A stretch of DNA of 64,000 nt from Squalus acanthias. Lineage: Eukaryota. Both the position numbers and the translations under genes were made by a program. This document shows, piece after piece, positions 63,586 through 64,000 of the stretch (position 1 is the first letter of the stretch; the number at the start of each line of letters is the position of its first letter). Location: positions 153,886,001-153,950,000 of the forward strand of contig CM059431.1 in NCBI GenBank assembly GCA_030390025.1, given 5' to 3'. The notes under the pieces were generated by a model. That model ran no database searches and was not told the origin of the DNA. It saw only the letters and a list, made by a program, of their open reading frames with translations.

Positions 63586-64000
63586 GTATGAATGAATACT
63601 TTGCATCTGTCTTCAATAGAGAAGAGGGTGCTACCAATGTAGCAGTAAAGGAGGAGGTAGTAGCGATATTAGATAGGATAAAAATAGATAAAGAGGAGGC
63701 ACTTAAAATGTTTGCAGTCCTCAAAGTAATAAAGTCACCCGGTCTGGATGGGAGGCATCCTAGTTTACTGAGGGAAATAACGGTGGAAACTGCAGAAGCT
63801 CTGACTACATTTTGCAAATGCTCCTTAGATATGGAGGTTGTGGCAGAGGACTGGAGGATTGCAATACTAAACCACTGTTTAAAAAGGGGAGAGGGATAAT
63901 TCGAACAACTACATTCAAGCTAAAGTCGGTAGTGGGAAACATTTGGAATCAATAATTCAGGACTACATTTTTTGGCTTTTGGAAAAGTATGGGCTAATAA
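63586..64000 (+). mobile_element. CR1 internal fragment
   Basis: ORF 63516-63899 (NEYFASVF..KSPGLDGRHPSLLRE..EDWRIA). Confidence 0.87.

Overview
Eukaryotic genomic DNA, most likely from a cartilaginous fish (inferred from HER1/HE1-like CR1 LINE/SINE tails and an elasmobranch-type NLR gene). Most of the window is nested, truncated transposable elements: many CR1 LINEs, an L2/CR1-superclade LINE repeatedly preceded by a tRNA-like head, RTE LINEs, a Penelope GIY-YIG fragment with a hammerhead-like motif, an ERV-type LTR, PIF/Harbinger-derived elements and several tandem arrays. The only host-gene content I can support is a multi-exon NACHT-LRR (NLR) pseudogene on the minus strand (about 22.9-27.0 kb) and an apparently intact CARD-like exon on the plus strand (10053-10224). 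The most interesting signals are: (i) Harbinger-type termini carrying two hairpins whose stems differ between copies yet stay paired around an invariant 19-nt core; (ii) a LINE that appears to carry a tRNA-derived Pol III head; (iii) an NLR gene possibly broken by an inversion; (iv) a twin-primed RTE insertion with an 11-bp TSD; (v) a minimal hammerhead ribozyme motif. Boundaries were read by eye and are approximate unless TSDs or splice sites are quoted; no database searches were run.
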